Both the position numbers and the translations under genes were made by a program. Shown piece after piece: positions 40,822 through 51,767 of a DNA stretch of 64,000 bases. Numbering within the stretch: position 1 is the stretch's first letter; every line of letters starts with the position of its first letter. The notes below the pieces were generated by a model, which saw nothing but the letters and a program-made list of their open reading frames with translations, was not told the origin of the DNA and ran no database searches. Origin of the DNA: a virus; IMG/VR virus record IMGVR_UViG_3300042868_011386, positions 25,458-89,457 of that record. The stretch is one strand, 5' to 3'.

Positions 40822-42030
40822 ATGAATATCAGTGATTTTAGAAAAGTAGTATTATCTAACCAAACTATAATACTAGACTCACCAATGCTAAACGCAATTG
40901 CGGCAGGTGATGATTTTGGTTTTAGCGTTGCGATGAATGCTACCGGTACAGTTTGTATAATAGGCGCTCCAAATTTTGATACAAATAATAGAGGGCGAGC
41001 AGTTGTCTATGCATTCAATGCAACTGCTAAATTATGGGAACAGCGAGGAGATCCATTCCTTGGAGCTCTTAGCGGTCAAAAGCTTGGTTATTCTGTTGCT
41101 ATAAATGGTGATGGAACCAGAATAGTTATTGGCAGTCCAGGAAATTCTAATGTTCAAGTTTATTCTTGGAATGGAACGTCATATACTGTTATAAGAAATA
41201 GTACTGAAACTGCAACCGCTGCTGGTTGGAGCGTTGCGATAAATTCTGCTGGAAATCGTATTGCAGTTGGAGCACCAACAAATAGTGCCACTGGAACTGA
41301 TAGAGGAGCAGTTGAAATATTAGATTATTCTGGAAGCGGAACAACTTGGAATTCACATGGAATAATCGCATATGGAGAGTCAATTGGAGATAAATCTGGT
41401 TGGTGTGTATCATTAAATTCGAGTGGAAATAGAGTTGCAATTGGTGCACCATTTAACGATATTGGAGGAACAATTACTCAAGCAGGTCATACTAGAGTTT
41501 ATCATAATACATCCGGAACAAGTTGGAACAAATTAGGAATAGATCTAGATGGTTCCAGTATAAATGAACAGTCTGGATTTAATATCTCGTTAAATGATGT
41601 TGGAGATATTGTTGCGATAGGAAATATACAGGATGACACCAGCGCAAACAACGATGCTGGAACGACTAGAGTGTATAAATGGAGCGGTGGTGCTGGCACA
41701 TCTGGATCATGGTCTCAGCAAGGACCAGATTTAAATGGAAATCCTGGAGACTTATTTGGCTATTCAGTGTCACTAAATTCTGAAGGAAATATATTGGCAA
41801 TTGGAGCTCCATTTAGAGACAATGCTAGTGGAATCGACTCGGGAGGGGCCCAAGTTTATAAATTTGATAATACTAATGTCATTTGGAAACAAATACGTCC
41901 ATTATTACAAGGACAATCTGCCAGTGAACAATCCGGGCTTTCTGTATCTCTTAGTAAAAATTCTAAAAAAATAATAGTTGGCGCGCCATATACATCTACT
42001 GGAGGAACTGCTAGAATTTATTCAATATAA
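40822..42030 (+). CDS. FG-GAP repeat beta-propeller protein
   Basis: About seven G.SV.(L/I)N..G....(I/V)GAP repeats. Confidence 0.75.
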   Translation: MNISDFRKVVLSNQTIILDSPMLNAIAAGDDFGFSVAMNATGTVCIIGAPNFDTNNRGRAVVYAFNATAKLWEQRGDPFLGALSGQKLGYSVAINGDGTRIVIGSPGNSNVQVYSWNGTSYTVIRNSTETATAAGWSVAINSAGNRIAVGAPTNSATGTDRGAVEILDYSGSGTTWNSHGIIAYGESIGDKSGWCVSLNSSGNRVAIGAPFNDIGGTITQAGHTRVYHNTSGTSWNKLGIDLDGSSINEQSGFNISLNDVGDIVAIGNIQDDTSANNDAGTTRVYKWSGGAGTSGSWSQQGPDLNGNPGDLFGYSVSLNSEGNILAIGAPFRDNASGIDSGGAQVYKFDNTNVIWKQIRPLLQGQSASEQSGLSVSLSKNSKKIIVGAPYTSTGGTARIYSI

Positions 42031-42033
42031 ATA
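42026..42033 (+). promoter_or_regulatory. Late promoter heading the S74 fibre gene and probably the enzyme cassette
   Basis: TATAAATA 5 nt before ATG 42039. Confidence 0.78.
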
Positions 42034-42038
42034 ATTAT

Positions 42039-43673
42039 ATGCCAACTCCACCGCCAATTAATTTAGGTCCATATGCTTTAAATGCTCCCTCGCAACTTGA
42101 AAAGGGGAATATAAGAGAAAGTTTGGATCTTGGATCTGCTTCTCTATTACAAGGGGGATTTATAGATTCAAATCGACTAGTTTTTTCGGACCCAAATGAT
42201 AGTCAACGAACCATAACACTCGATAAAACGCAATTGAATAGTGCGGTCGCTGATCGACTGCGGACCGCACGAGTAGTCAATGTGACTGGCCATGTCACAA
42301 CCACTTCTCCAATCCCTTCTTTTGATGGTACTGAAGATCTATACATTCCAGTTACAATTAATGACGGAGTAATTAGTGAATTAATGTTAGCGACCAATGC
42401 TGTTGTTGGCGCAAAAATTAAAAATGGAACAATAACTCCAGATAAATTGTCTGGAACATTTCCAGACTGGGGAAATGCTGGTACAATGCTTATTAAACAG
42501 CCTGTAATTGAGCTTGGTAGCGGCATAACTGCAAATGGAAATTCATATATTGACTTTCATTCGTCTTTCCCACCTGTTGACTATGATGCACGTATATGGC
42601 GCCGGCCTGGAGTTAATGGAGAGCTTGATGTACTAAACACTGGAACAGGAGATATAAACATTGGTGGTGGATTGTCCATTAATTCAGCAAATACAGTCAT
42701 TTCTACGCGCCAACTTATTGGAGCAATAGAAATTATTGGAAACCAAATTAATGGCACGTTTGCAAATAATGTTGAGCTTGCGCTTAACTATGAAAATAGT
42801 GATAGCACAATTGCAAACTTTTTAAACACAACTGTTTATAATGGTAAGTGTGAAGTTTCTGCAAAGTTTTTTGGAGAGACAAAAACACTTGAAACCTATG
42901 GTCCTTGCCGAAGTATAACAAATGGGCAGATTGCGGTTGCAACTGCTGGACTAGAATCACGAAGTACTTCAGGAAATGTACTTATAGCATTAGCCGCCAG
43001 TGGTACTGGTGGTACATCAACTCTTTTACGACATGTTCGTGGAGGCGCAGGTGTTGAGATAAGAACAGCAGACGATGTAAACTATGCACCGTTAAAAGCA
43101 TCTAATGTTAATACGACTGGTGACATTACTATTAACGAAGAATCGCCAACTCTAATTTTGCAAGACACCAACAATCGCTCTGCAATGGTGCATGTAAATA
43201 GCAATCAATTTTATGTGCTACGTGGTAGTGCAACAAACTCCACGACATGGGAATCTATTAACAATGCATGGCCTCTTCAAATAGATCTTGAAAATAATTA
43301 TGCAACACTTGGAGGTGGAGCAAAAATCAATGGTACACTAAGCGTAACTGGAGACGTTATTGCATATTCAACATCAGATAAAGATCTTAAAACCAATATT
43401 AAAAATATTGAGCAGCCGCTAAGCAAAATACAAAAAATAAATGGAGTAACTTTTGATTGGGACACTTCTAAACAAGATACACACTCTGGTTCTGATATTG
43501 GCGTAGTTGCCCAAGAAATTGAAGAGATTTTACCAGATGCAGTTTGTACCCGAGAAGATGGATACAAAGCAGTTAAGTATGATAAACTTATTCCACTGCT
43601 TATAGAATCTATAAAGGAATTAAATAATAAAGTTCAACTTCTTGAAGAAAAACTTTCAAAAGTAAATATATAA
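42039..43673 (+). CDS. Tail fibre with C-terminal peptidase S74 intramolecular chaperone
   Basis: YIDFH....DYDARI; SDKDLKTNI..I..PL.KI.KINGVTFDW...GVVAQEIE.ILP..V....GYKAV.Y.KLIPLLIE.IKEL. Confidence 0.88.
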   Translation: MPTPPPINLGPYALNAPSQLEKGNIRESLDLGSASLLQGGFIDSNRLVFSDPNDSQRTITLDKTQLNSAVADRLRTARVVNVTGHVTTTSPIPSFDGTEDLYIPVTINDGVISELMLATNAVVGAKIKNGTITPDKLSGTFPDWGNAGTMLIKQPVIELGSGITANGNSYIDFHSSFPPVDYDARIWRRPGVNGELDVLNTGTGDINIGGGLSINSANTVISTRQLIGAIEIIGNQINGTFANNVELALNYENSDSTIANFLNTTVYNGKCEVSAKFFGETKTLETYGPCRSITNGQIAVATAGLESRSTSGNVLIALAASGTGGTSTLLRHVRGGAGVEIRTADDVNYAPLKASNVNTTGDITINEESPTLILQDTNNRSAMVHVNSNQFYVLRGSATNSTTWESINNAWPLQIDLENNYATLGGGAKINGTLSVTGDVIAYSTSDKDLKTNIKNIEQPLSKIQKINGVTFDWDTSKQDTHSGSDIGVVAQEIEEILPDAVCTREDGYKAVKYDKLIPLLIESIKELNNKVQLLEEKLSKVNI

Positions 43674-43677
43674 TATT

Positions 43678-44280
43678 ATGCCAAGTACATTTATTGAAAG
43701 TACAGATATTAGTATGTCATCTTTAAACACCCTTAAAGGTGTTAGAGTAGCAACGGCGGCAGGAGCGCCAAATACATCGTTAAACGATTTAAGAAATTGG
43801 TTTAGAGATAATATTGGAAATACAGGAAATTTTACACACACTGGTGCTAATGGGGCCTCAATTGGCTTATCAGAATTTTCTCAACGATTTATATACGGAT
43901 TTTATGCTGGTGGATGGAGTGAGAGCATAGATAATACATATTATGATAATAATGATGGCGGAGTGACATTTTGGTGGGCATGGGGCGACAATAATGCTAA
44001 TAATTTTGCATTTTATTTAAATGGTAGAGGATGGGTTTCACCAAATCAAAATAATAGTACAAATACTGGAACAGCCTTTCACTCTTTAAGTGGAGCATGG
44101 AATGCGTGGAATACAAGTACAGATTATCAATGTTACGTATATCATCGCACTACTACATCTACTGTTGGATTTAAAATACGAATTGGATATGGAGGAGGGG
44201 GGACATTCTTAATACGCAATAATGGCGTAGCAACAGATATACGAAATGCAACATTTTTCCCAGTAGATAAATCTTTTTAA
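43678..44280 (+). CDS. Putative fibre-tip adhesin (Trp/Asn/Gly-rich)
   Basis: ISMS.LN....SLNDLR....SIGLSEF N-terminus of the kind found after S74 fibres; aromatic-rich C-terminus. Confidence 0.45.
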   Translation: MPSTFIESTDISMSSLNTLKGVRVATAAGAPNTSLNDLRNWFRDNIGNTGNFTHTGANGASIGLSEFSQRFIYGFYAGGWSESIDNTYYDNNDGGVTFWWAWGDNNANNFAFYLNGRGWVSPNQNNSTNTGTAFHSLSGAWNAWNTSTDYQCYVYHRTTTSTVGFKIRIGYGGGGTFLIRNNGVATDIRNATFFPVDKSF

Positions 44281-44283
44281 AAT

Positions 44284-45204
44284 ATGAATTATTATAATGT
44301 ATTAATTGAAGACTTACACAAATCGATTATAATTTTAGAACATAAGGACGTTTATAGATTTGTAACATGTTGTAAAAAATATATTGATTTTGAAATACAC
44401 CAAACTGATGATATTGAAAATGTCATTGTGTATGATATGTATACACAACAGACTAGAAACATACCAGTTATAGAAATATTATGGCATAATCATCATGACA
44501 TACACAATTTAGAAGAAAATGATATCGTTTTCTTAGAACGTCTTAATATTATTAGGAGTATTATAGACAAATATCATATTGAAAATAAAGAATTATCTCT
44601 TGATCAAATATATGATAAGGTTGTAAAACCAAATACGCTTAATATTTTTGATCCTTCTTCTGAAAATAGTGTTTTAGATTTTTTAAGTTATACTAAATTT
44701 ACTTTAAGTGTTGATGATATAATAGCAGACACAATTTCTGAACATCGTAAAGATGATGTTATACGTTGCTGTAAATTTTTAGTGCAGCAAAAATTAGATG
44801 AAATTTTAGATGAGTTAAATACATTAAAATTACAAACGTCTGATCCAGAAGATATATCAGATATTGACGCAATTGAGTCTATGTATAAAGATGTATTGGA
44901 TGAACTTGATTATTCATCATGTACAACATTAAAAGATTGTCTTAAAAATTGGCCGCCATTATTATTGCCAATGCCTGAATATATTGATATGTTTATATCA
45001 AAAATTCCAAAAAATAAAAAATCTAATGATGTTTTATCGGATTTTATGCACATTGTTGATAATTCATTAACACAAGCTGAAATAAAAGAATTATTAGACG
45101 AACTTGAAACATTACAACCGGATGATGCAGACAAACAAAATCAAATGGATTTAACTGTTTTCAAAAAATATTTGTTGTATAAATTAAATAATGAACATAA
45201 ATGA
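44284..45204 (+). CDS. Hypothetical acidic protein, first gene of the AT-rich cassette
   Basis: 306-aa ORF; DY....T..D....WP.LL segment loosely resembles fibre assembly chaperones. Confidence 0.45.
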   Translation: MNYYNVLIEDLHKSIIILEHKDVYRFVTCCKKYIDFEIHQTDDIENVIVYDMYTQQTRNIPVIEILWHNHHDIHNLEENDIVFLERLNIIRSIIDKYHIENKELSLDQIYDKVVKPNTLNIFDPSSENSVLDFLSYTKFTLSVDDIIADTISEHRKDDVIRCCKFLVQQKLDEILDELNTLKLQTSDPEDISDIDAIESMYKDVLDELDYSSCTTLKDCLKNWPPLLLPMPEYIDMFISKIPKNKKSNDVLSDFMHIVDNSLTQAEIKELLDELETLQPDDADKQNQMDLTVFKKYLLYKLNNEHK

Positions 45205-46225
45205 TTTTAGTGTACGCTCTTTTGACATTGACTATACAACCACACGAAACAACAGAGCAAAATTAGACACTGGTTTTCATTGCAACTATAAGTGTGAATT
45301 TTGTTATTATCTAAATCATCTACATCTTAAGACTTCTTTTGAAAAAATAAAGGAACGTATAGACTATATACACTCATATGGAATAACGCAAATTGATCTT
45401 TCAGGTGGAGAAAGTTCGATACATGCAGACTGGTTTAATATACTAGATTATTGCAATGATAGATTTGAACATATTAGTTGCCTAAGTAATGGATCTGCAT
45501 TTTCCAATGAAAAATTTTTAATAAAATCAAAGGAACATGGTTTAAAGGAAATACTTTTTAGCTTACATGGTTATGATGAAGACATTCATGATTCAATTGT
45601 TGGAAAGGTTGGTGCATGGAAAAAAATACATGCAGCAATACAGCATTGCAAAAAACATAATATTCGCGTAAGAATAAATTGTACAGTATATCAAAAAAAT
45701 TATTCTGGATTATCGACAGAATATTCAAAAATTATAAAAGATATATCTCCATATGAAGTTAATTTTTTAACATTAAATCATTGGGATGATTCAAGTACAT
45801 TTGAACCAATAAGCGATTATACTGGATTGACTGATGAAATTAAACTATGTATTGATGCAATAAAAGATTATGTCAAATTAATTAATGTAAGATATACTCC
45901 ATATTGTTTTATGGTTGGTTATGAAAAATATGTGTGTAATCAATATCAACATATATATGATATCTATGATTGGAATAAAGAAATTTACTCAGAAAAACTT
46001 GATACAAACAAGGCATACACCTTGCACGAAAAAATAGATCTTGCATATGATGCTGCGAAAACAGAACGTTTGCAAACATATAAAAAACCATTTAATTGTA
46101 TTCGTTGTAAATATTTTAATATTTGTGATGGCATAGAAAAACAATCAAATGTAAAAGTGTCTCCAGTTCGTGGAGAAAAAATAACTGATGTAAATTATTA
46201 TAGAAAAAAGTTTTATGACATATAA
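45191..46225 (+). CDS. Radical SAM enzyme with C-terminal Cys cluster
   Basis: CNYKCEFC, SGGE, SNG, SLHG; YTPYCFM and CIRCKYFNICDG. Confidence 0.9.
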   Translation: MNINDFSVRSFDIDYTTTRNNRAKLDTGFHCNYKCEFCYYLNHLHLKTSFEKIKERIDYIHSYGITQIDLSGGESSIHADWFNILDYCNDRFEHISCLSNGSAFSNEKFLIKSKEHGLKEILFSLHGYDEDIHDSIVGKVGAWKKIHAAIQHCKKHNIRVRINCTVYQKNYSGLSTEYSKIIKDISPYEVNFLTLNHWDDSSTFEPISDYTGLTDEIKLCIDAIKDYVKLINVRYTPYCFMVGYEKYVCNQYQHIYDIYDWNKEIYSEKLDTNKAYTLHEKIDLAYDAAKTERLQTYKKPFNCIRCKYFNICDGIEKQSNVKVSPVRGEKITDVNYYRKKFYDI

Positions 46226-47123
46226 TGGTGAAAAGATTATTACATGCGGAATTAAAGACTATAATATAAAAACTTTTACATGGAAACTTATAGATGTATG
46301 CAACCAAAAATGCGCGTATTGTAATGAAGGATTTGGATCAGACGAATTTAGACCGAAAAGTTCATTTTTTAAAAACCAATCGCAAATCGATAGCTATAAA
46401 AATGTTTTAAAAATTCTTAAACTAAAATTTATTGGTCCGTTTGAAGTTGATATTATTGGTGGAGAACCAACTTTACACCCTCACATTTATAGCATAATAG
46501 AGCAAATTAATTCTATTGATAATTGTAAACAAATAAGTCTATTAACAAATCTTAAAAAACCATTTTCATTTTATGAAAAATTTAATTCTATAGCATACAA
46601 CAAATTATTATTTTGCCCGTCAATACACTTTGATTATTATACCCCAGAATTATTAAAAAAATGTGTTGAAATTAATAAGTTTAAACACACTAAAATAATT
46701 CCCATTGTTATGTTACACGACGATAAAAAACATTGGGATAATATGGAAAATTTTATTACTGCATTAATAAAACATAATGTTGAATATACAATATCATTTA
46801 TAAATTCATGCTTTGAGTATACTACCAATTATACATCAGAATTTTATTCTAGATTTAATAAATTTATTGTGGTTGATGCAAATAAATATTTGTTTAATGA
46901 TAATTTACTGCTAAACAAATACGATATTCATTTAAATAAGTTAAATGCTTTTAAAGGATGGAAATGTAAACCACTTAGATATATTATAAAACATACTGGA
47001 GAAATTATAAATGCATGCACTGATAAACAAATGAGTTTTGTCAACTCTGAACAATTCGCAATATGCCCTAAAACTGAATGTGATTGTGATATCCAATGGA
47101 ATTATGAAAAATACAATTGTTAA
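46215..47123 (+). CDS. Radical SAM enzyme
   Basis: CNQKCAYC, GGEPTLHP, TNL, SIH; C-terminal GWKC...AC...CP...CDCD. Confidence 0.9.
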   Translation: MTYNGEKIITCGIKDYNIKTFTWKLIDVCNQKCAYCNEGFGSDEFRPKSSFFKNQSQIDSYKNVLKILKLKFIGPFEVDIIGGEPTLHPHIYSIIEQINSIDNCKQISLLTNLKKPFSFYEKFNSIAYNKLLFCPSIHFDYYTPELLKKCVEINKFKHTKIIPIVMLHDDKKHWDNMENFITALIKHNVEYTISFINSCFEYTTNYTSEFYSRFNKFIVVDANKYLFNDNLLLNKYDIHLNKLNAFKGWKCKPLRYIIKHTGEIINACTDKQMSFVNSEQFAICPKTECDCDIQWNYEKYNC

Positions 47124-48090
47124 ATTTATTAGTTTAGACGACTCATACGATTGTTATTTAAGTATGACATGGATGACTGATAATAATCATGGTATTTGCG
47201 GTCACATTTATGAAATTATAGATTATTATCTACTTCTTCATGTAAAATTTAATATTGGAATATTAATATGTGAAGACTTAAATTGGGAAAATATTGAAAT
47301 GTGCATTCGTGCAAAATATAGTATTGATGAAGAGATCATTTTAAAAATGAAACATAATACAATATTTTCATATAAACCCAAATATGTTATTGGCAAAAAT
47401 ACAAGTATACTATTTGTTGATGGTGGTTTATATCGATCATTATATCAATCTAGATGTTTATTAGCTGTTAAAAATATATTTTGTTTTAGATGTTCACCAC
47501 TTGACACACACTATAATCTTTCATACAAAAATCTTACGCTTTTACAAGACAATAGAGTGTATAATGATGAAGATAAAAAAATTGCAATAGATTATATAAA
47601 GAAAATAAATTTTAAATATTATAAAAAAATTAATAATGCGAAAACTAACACTGCATTGTTATATTTGACGTCGAATTGTAGACGTCTTTGTAATATATCA
47701 TTACTTGATATTATTTTTACATATCGTTTTGAAAAATATATTATAATTACAAATACACCAGAATTATATTCTGATATTATAAAAGATTTTCCTAATATAA
47801 CAATAATGACAGTGCCAGTTGAAAATATATTTGAAAAATTTGATACTTATATATACACTCCAACTGGTAAAGATGGCAGCATAGCACAAATATCTTTTGA
47901 TTGCAGTCCACGATTTATTGCTGAATGTAAATATTATAACAAAGATGTAATTTATCATAATATAGATGAAAATTATTTGTCTATTGACACAGGTTTAAAG
48001 TGGCGTCAATATGATATTAAAAATAATTTTGAAAAATTACATTTAATTGATTCTGATGAAATTATAGATATATTATATGACAGGCTTTAA
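47104..48090 (+). CDS. Possible GT-B fold glycosyltransferase-like protein
   Basis: FDTYIYTP....DCSPRFIAECKYY.K.V resembles the C-terminal nucleotide-binding motif of GT4-like enzymes; weak. Confidence 0.4.
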   Translation: MKNTIVKFISLDDSYDCYLSMTWMTDNNHGICGHIYEIIDYYLLLHVKFNIGILICEDLNWENIEMCIRAKYSIDEEIILKMKHNTIFSYKPKYVIGKNTSILFVDGGLYRSLYQSRCLLAVKNIFCFRCSPLDTHYNLSYKNLTLLQDNRVYNDEDKKIAIDYIKKINFKYYKKINNAKTNTALLYLTSNCRRLCNISLLDIIFTYRFEKYIIITNTPELYSDIIKDFPNITIMTVPVENIFEKFDTYIYTPTGKDGSIAQISFDCSPRFIAECKYYNKDVIYHNIDENYLSIDTGLKWRQYDIKNNFEKLHLIDSDEIIDILYDRL

Positions 48091-49099
48091 TGATAAAATT
48101 AAATCATTTGAAATTATACCTCACTCAGATTGGTTTGATTATGATTTAAAAGTTACATTAAAACCAACATTCAAATGCAATCATCGTTGTTGGTTTTGCA
48201 CAGAATATGATAATTCTACTGAGTCATGGACAAAAGAACAGTGTGATGCAGTATTAGAAAAATTAAAAGAAATACCAAACAATAAGAAAAAAATATTTTT
48301 TTATTTTTATGGTGGAGAACCAACATTAAGTAGATACTGGGAATATTTAAATTATAGACTTGTTGAGATATTTCATAATAGAGAACTTTTTATACAAACC
48401 CAAACTAACCTCAGTTTAAATAAAAATCGCCTTGAATTATTCTTAGACACAATAAATGGCTTAAAGTCTAAAAAACATATTATTGATATTTGTAGTAGCT
48501 ATCATCTTAATAAACAAAATGTTGAAGATTTTATAGAAAAGATGCATATTTGCAATAGATATAATGCTTTAGGATTTTGCTTTTTTAGTACTGAATTAAA
48601 ACATAAAGAACAAACATTGGATGAATGTTTAAAAATAGTTAAAGAATTTCCTAATAAATTGAAAATGCGATTTACTGAAATCTATAACTTGCAATATAGA
48701 AATATTCCAGAATACTCAGAATATATAAAGGATCCATATCTACTTGGAGATGACCATGGTAAAAGTTTAGAATTTAGATATTGGTTAAAATATTATCCAG
48801 AATTGCGACAATATTTTGAAAAAGCATGGGACTTTAAAGTAAATGATCAGATTTTTAATTTTTCTGAAGTGTCTGCATACAATATTCATATGAAATTTAA
48901 GTTTATGAAATGTGAATGTGGCGTTAAAAATATGGTTATTGATCATAATTTAAATGTATATCATTGTAACGATGATTTTTATAACAATAGAAATATTACG
49001 AATCTATCAGACTTAAATCTAGAATGCTATTTAAATAAATTAGTTAGATGTTTAAATAATGCATGTTATGATGGACTCGATCATAGAAAAATATTATGA
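48077..49099 (+). CDS. Radical SAM enzyme
   Basis: CNHRCWFC, GGEPTL, QTNL, SYH; C-terminal KCECG...YHC...C...AC. Confidence 0.9.
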   Translation: MTGFNDKIKSFEIIPHSDWFDYDLKVTLKPTFKCNHRCWFCTEYDNSTESWTKEQCDAVLEKLKEIPNNKKKIFFYFYGGEPTLSRYWEYLNYRLVEIFHNRELFIQTQTNLSLNKNRLELFLDTINGLKSKKHIIDICSSYHLNKQNVEDFIEKMHICNRYNALGFCFFSTELKHKEQTLDECLKIVKEFPNKLKMRFTEIYNLQYRNIPEYSEYIKDPYLLGDDHGKSLEFRYWLKYYPELRQYFEKAWDFKVNDQIFNFSEVSAYNIHMKFKFMKCECGVKNMVIDHNLNVYHCNDDFYNNRNITNLSDLNLECYLNKLVRCLNNACYDGLDHRKIL

Positions 49100-50157
49100 C
49101 AGAATACAATACATTAAAGCGAGTAATTGTTGGAGTTGAAAATTATGAAAACTCTAAAATTGTAGATGTGTCTTTAAAACATTTTTTTAAAGATAACTTA
49201 AAGGATTACTATCGTGATGAAAACTTTATATCATATAATGTACCCGATAGATATATAGATGAAAGAAAACAGGATTTAGATAATTTAGCTGAACTTTTGC
49301 AAAACGAAGGAGTAGAAGTGCTTCGTCCTTTACCATGCAACCGCTTAAAAACTATTAGAACACCATATTTTAATAGTATTTTTTATTCTAATTCAAACGT
49401 ACGAGATTTAACTTTAACTATTGGTAATAAAATAATAACGGCACAAACTACAGTACGCTCTCGTTATTTTGAAAACACACTATTAAATGAAATATTATAT
49501 AACGAAACACTTAAATATGATAAACTACTAGTATCACCTCCACTAGCAAGTTTGAGTGATGATAAACTAGATTGGTGTGATTGGAGAGAGTATGTAACAT
49601 TAGATGATAAGCATTTTGATACTCAATATGAAATACTATTTGATGCTGCAAACTGTATAAAAGTTACGAATAGTGATATTATAATGAATATCGGAAATCG
49701 TAATCATTATAATGGTTATATTTGGCTAAAACAGATGTTGCCTGAAATTAATATACATCCAATTTATATGTGTGATAATCATATAGATGGAACAATATTG
49801 CCAATTAGAGATGGTGTATTTTTGGTAAATACATGTTTTTTAAAACATGATATTAGATCTTATTTACCTGAGAAATTTCATAGTTGGGAGTTTATAGAAG
49901 TAAATGAAAAAAAATTAAACCCAAAAATTTATGATGAATTATTACTTTCTGGACCGCAGTTAGCGACATATGAAGGAATCGACATAAATGTATTATCATT
50001 ATCTCCAAATAAAGTTGTAGTACAAGATTCTGCAGTTCATGTCATTGATAAATTAGATAAGCATGGTTTTGAAGTTTTACCAATTCAATTTAGACATGGA
50101 GTTTTATTTGGTGGAGGAATACACTGTTCAACACTAGACTTAGCACGTGATGAGTGA
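49096..50157 (+). CDS. Amidinotransferase (glycine / inosamine-phosphate amidinotransferase family)
   Basis: LKRVIVG, GVEVLRP, RD....G, RSRYFE, FDAAN, HIDG, GGGIHCSTLD (Asp-His-Cys triad). Confidence 0.88.
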   Translation: MTEYNTLKRVIVGVENYENSKIVDVSLKHFFKDNLKDYYRDENFISYNVPDRYIDERKQDLDNLAELLQNEGVEVLRPLPCNRLKTIRTPYFNSIFYSNSNVRDLTLTIGNKIITAQTTVRSRYFENTLLNEILYNETLKYDKLLVSPPLASLSDDKLDWCDWREYVTLDDKHFDTQYEILFDAANCIKVTNSDIIMNIGNRNHYNGYIWLKQMLPEINIHPIYMCDNHIDGTILPIRDGVFLVNTCFLKHDIRSYLPEKFHSWEFIEVNEKKLNPKIYDELLLSGPQLATYEGIDINVLSLSPNKVVVQDSAVHVIDKLDKHGFEVLPIQFRHGVLFGGGIHCSTLDLARDE

Positions 50158-50974
50158 TAACTTAAATGAATATGCACTAATTACTGTAATAGAAGGAAAC
50201 TCTAATTCTATAAATCATAAAATTAATCCTAGACTATTAGAGAATGAGGCGTTAAAATGTTTTAAATCTTGGAGAAAAAATGCAGGAATATATTCAGATA
50301 TCGACATATATTGTATATGTGTTTCTGGAAATACTCCGAGTAAAACCACAATAAGTGAATTTTCTCAGTATAATGTAAAATATATTGAAAATTATATTGA
50401 TGATACTAAATATTTTAAAAATGGTTGGTGGTGTAAACCATTAGGATGTTCGGTGTTAGAAAAAATGTTACCACATAAATATTTAATACATATTGATCTT
50501 GATATGTATTTGTATAAACCTCCTACCGTTCAATTAAATGTAAATTCGTGTTTAGCATACGATAAGTACGATACTTTAACTGAACGTATACTATCCTATA
50601 AATTTGATTCGTCATTTCGACCATTTAATACATGTTTTATAACTACAATACTCAAAGATAAAATTTTTTCTAAATGGTATGATACACTGTTAAAATTAGA
50701 AGAAAGCTTTAATAATAATACAAAATTTTGCAAAGAATATTTTGCAGATATTGAATACAATAAACTTGAAGAAGGAGCTTTTGATATAATTTCTCTTAAA
50801 AATAGTATAATACAAGTTAATGATATTATGTTCGGAGAAACATACACCCCACTACATAAGATGGAAACTACTCATAATATCTGTTTTCATCATTATCATC
50901 TATACAATAAATATAATTTAAACCATTATAACTATATAAAAGATAAAATACTATTTGTAAATGAATACTCCTGA
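50150..50974 (+). CDS. GT-A fold glycosyltransferase-like protein (GT8-like)
   Basis: KP.......HIDLDMY (DxD), FNTCF, HHYH. Confidence 0.6.
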   Translation: MSDNLNEYALITVIEGNSNSINHKINPRLLENEALKCFKSWRKNAGIYSDIDIYCICVSGNTPSKTTISEFSQYNVKYIENYIDDTKYFKNGWWCKPLGCSVLEKMLPHKYLIHIDLDMYLYKPPTVQLNVNSCLAYDKYDTLTERILSYKFDSSFRPFNTCFITTILKDKIFSKWYDTLLKLEESFNNNTKFCKEYFADIEYNKLEEGAFDIISLKNSIIQVNDIMFGETYTPLHKMETTHNICFHHYHLYNKYNLNHYNYIKDKILFVNEYS

Positions 50975-51767
50975 AAAATTTGGAATATGGATAACACAGC
51001 GGTGCCCCATGCGATGTTCTTTTTGCCCAAATAGTGATGAGTATTTTAAAAATGGCAAAATTATGCCTTTATCTATTTTTAAAGATAAAGTTGATGAAAT
51101 AATATCGAACGGAATAACAAACATCGATCTTACTCCTATTATTGGTGAAGTAATGACTTTAAATAATTTAAATGAATATCTTGATTATTTAGACTCAAAA
51201 TTAGAAATATGTGAATATACATTTATTACGTGTTTAGTTTGCCCACAGAAACACATAGACTATATAACTAATAGAAAAAAATTAAAATTGGAAATAAGTT
51301 TTTATGGAGTAGATAGAGAAAAATTTAAAGCTAGGACCAATCGCGATGCGTTTAATATATTTTTAAGCAATTTAAAATATTTAATATCAAATTACAAATA
51401 TAATTGCAAAAAAATTGTATTAATTAACAGAACTCTTGAAAGTCTTGGTCCTATACCGAAACAAGATAAAAGTTTACTATTGAAATTTTTAGTAGACAAA
51501 TGTCATATTGATAATGATTGGATTGCTGATAGAGATAATACTCTACAGCAAAATTCTGATTTACATGAATGTCATTTTATGTCTGAACCGTTATTAACAG
51601 AAACTGGAATTTGTTTTTGTTGTATGGACTGGAATAAAAAATATATAGTCAATTCTAAAATAAATGAATTTTACGGTGATTCTAATACCTTTATATCTAA
51701 AATACGTGATATAAGTAATGTATGTAATAAACGGTGTGGATGGTATAGACCATTGAAAAAATTATGA
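50961..51767 (+). CDS. Radical SAM enzyme
   Basis: CPMRCSFC, GE; C-terminal C....P.....G.C.CC.D...C...C. Confidence 0.85.
   Translation: MNTPEKFGIWITQRCPMRCSFCPNSDEYFKNGKIMPLSIFKDKVDEIISNGITNIDLTPIIGEVMTLNNLNEYLDYLDSKLEICEYTFITCLVCPQKHIDYITNRKKLKLEISFYGVDREKFKARTNRDAFNIFLSNLKYLISNYKYNCKKIVLINRTLESLGPIPKQDKSLLLKFLVDKCHIDNDWIADRDNTLQQNSDLHECHFMSEPLLTETGICFCCMDWNKKYIVNSKINEFYGDSNTFISKIRDISNVCNKRCGWYRPLKKL

Noticed and set aside
43678-44280. Darobactin-like RiPP precursor (WNAWN motif, C-terminal KSF)
   Set aside because: The motifs are not contiguous, the protein is 200 aa with a fibre-tip-like N-terminus, and there is no transporter or peptidase; probably coincidence
232-50149. Upstream-extended starts in the ORF track (232, 1442, 7902, 11652, 33358, 47038, 50147)
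   Set aside because: They overlap neighbouring genes further than needed; ATGs at 241, 1460, 7959, 11709, 33433, 47104 and 50150 fit family N-termini, promoters or gene coupling better
45191-51767. 7-deazaguanine (QueE/QueC/QueD/FolE/DpdA) DNA modification cluster
   Set aside because: No QueC, QueD, FolE or DpdA motifs seen; the amidinotransferase is of the Asp-His-Cys type, not ArcS/Gat-QueC
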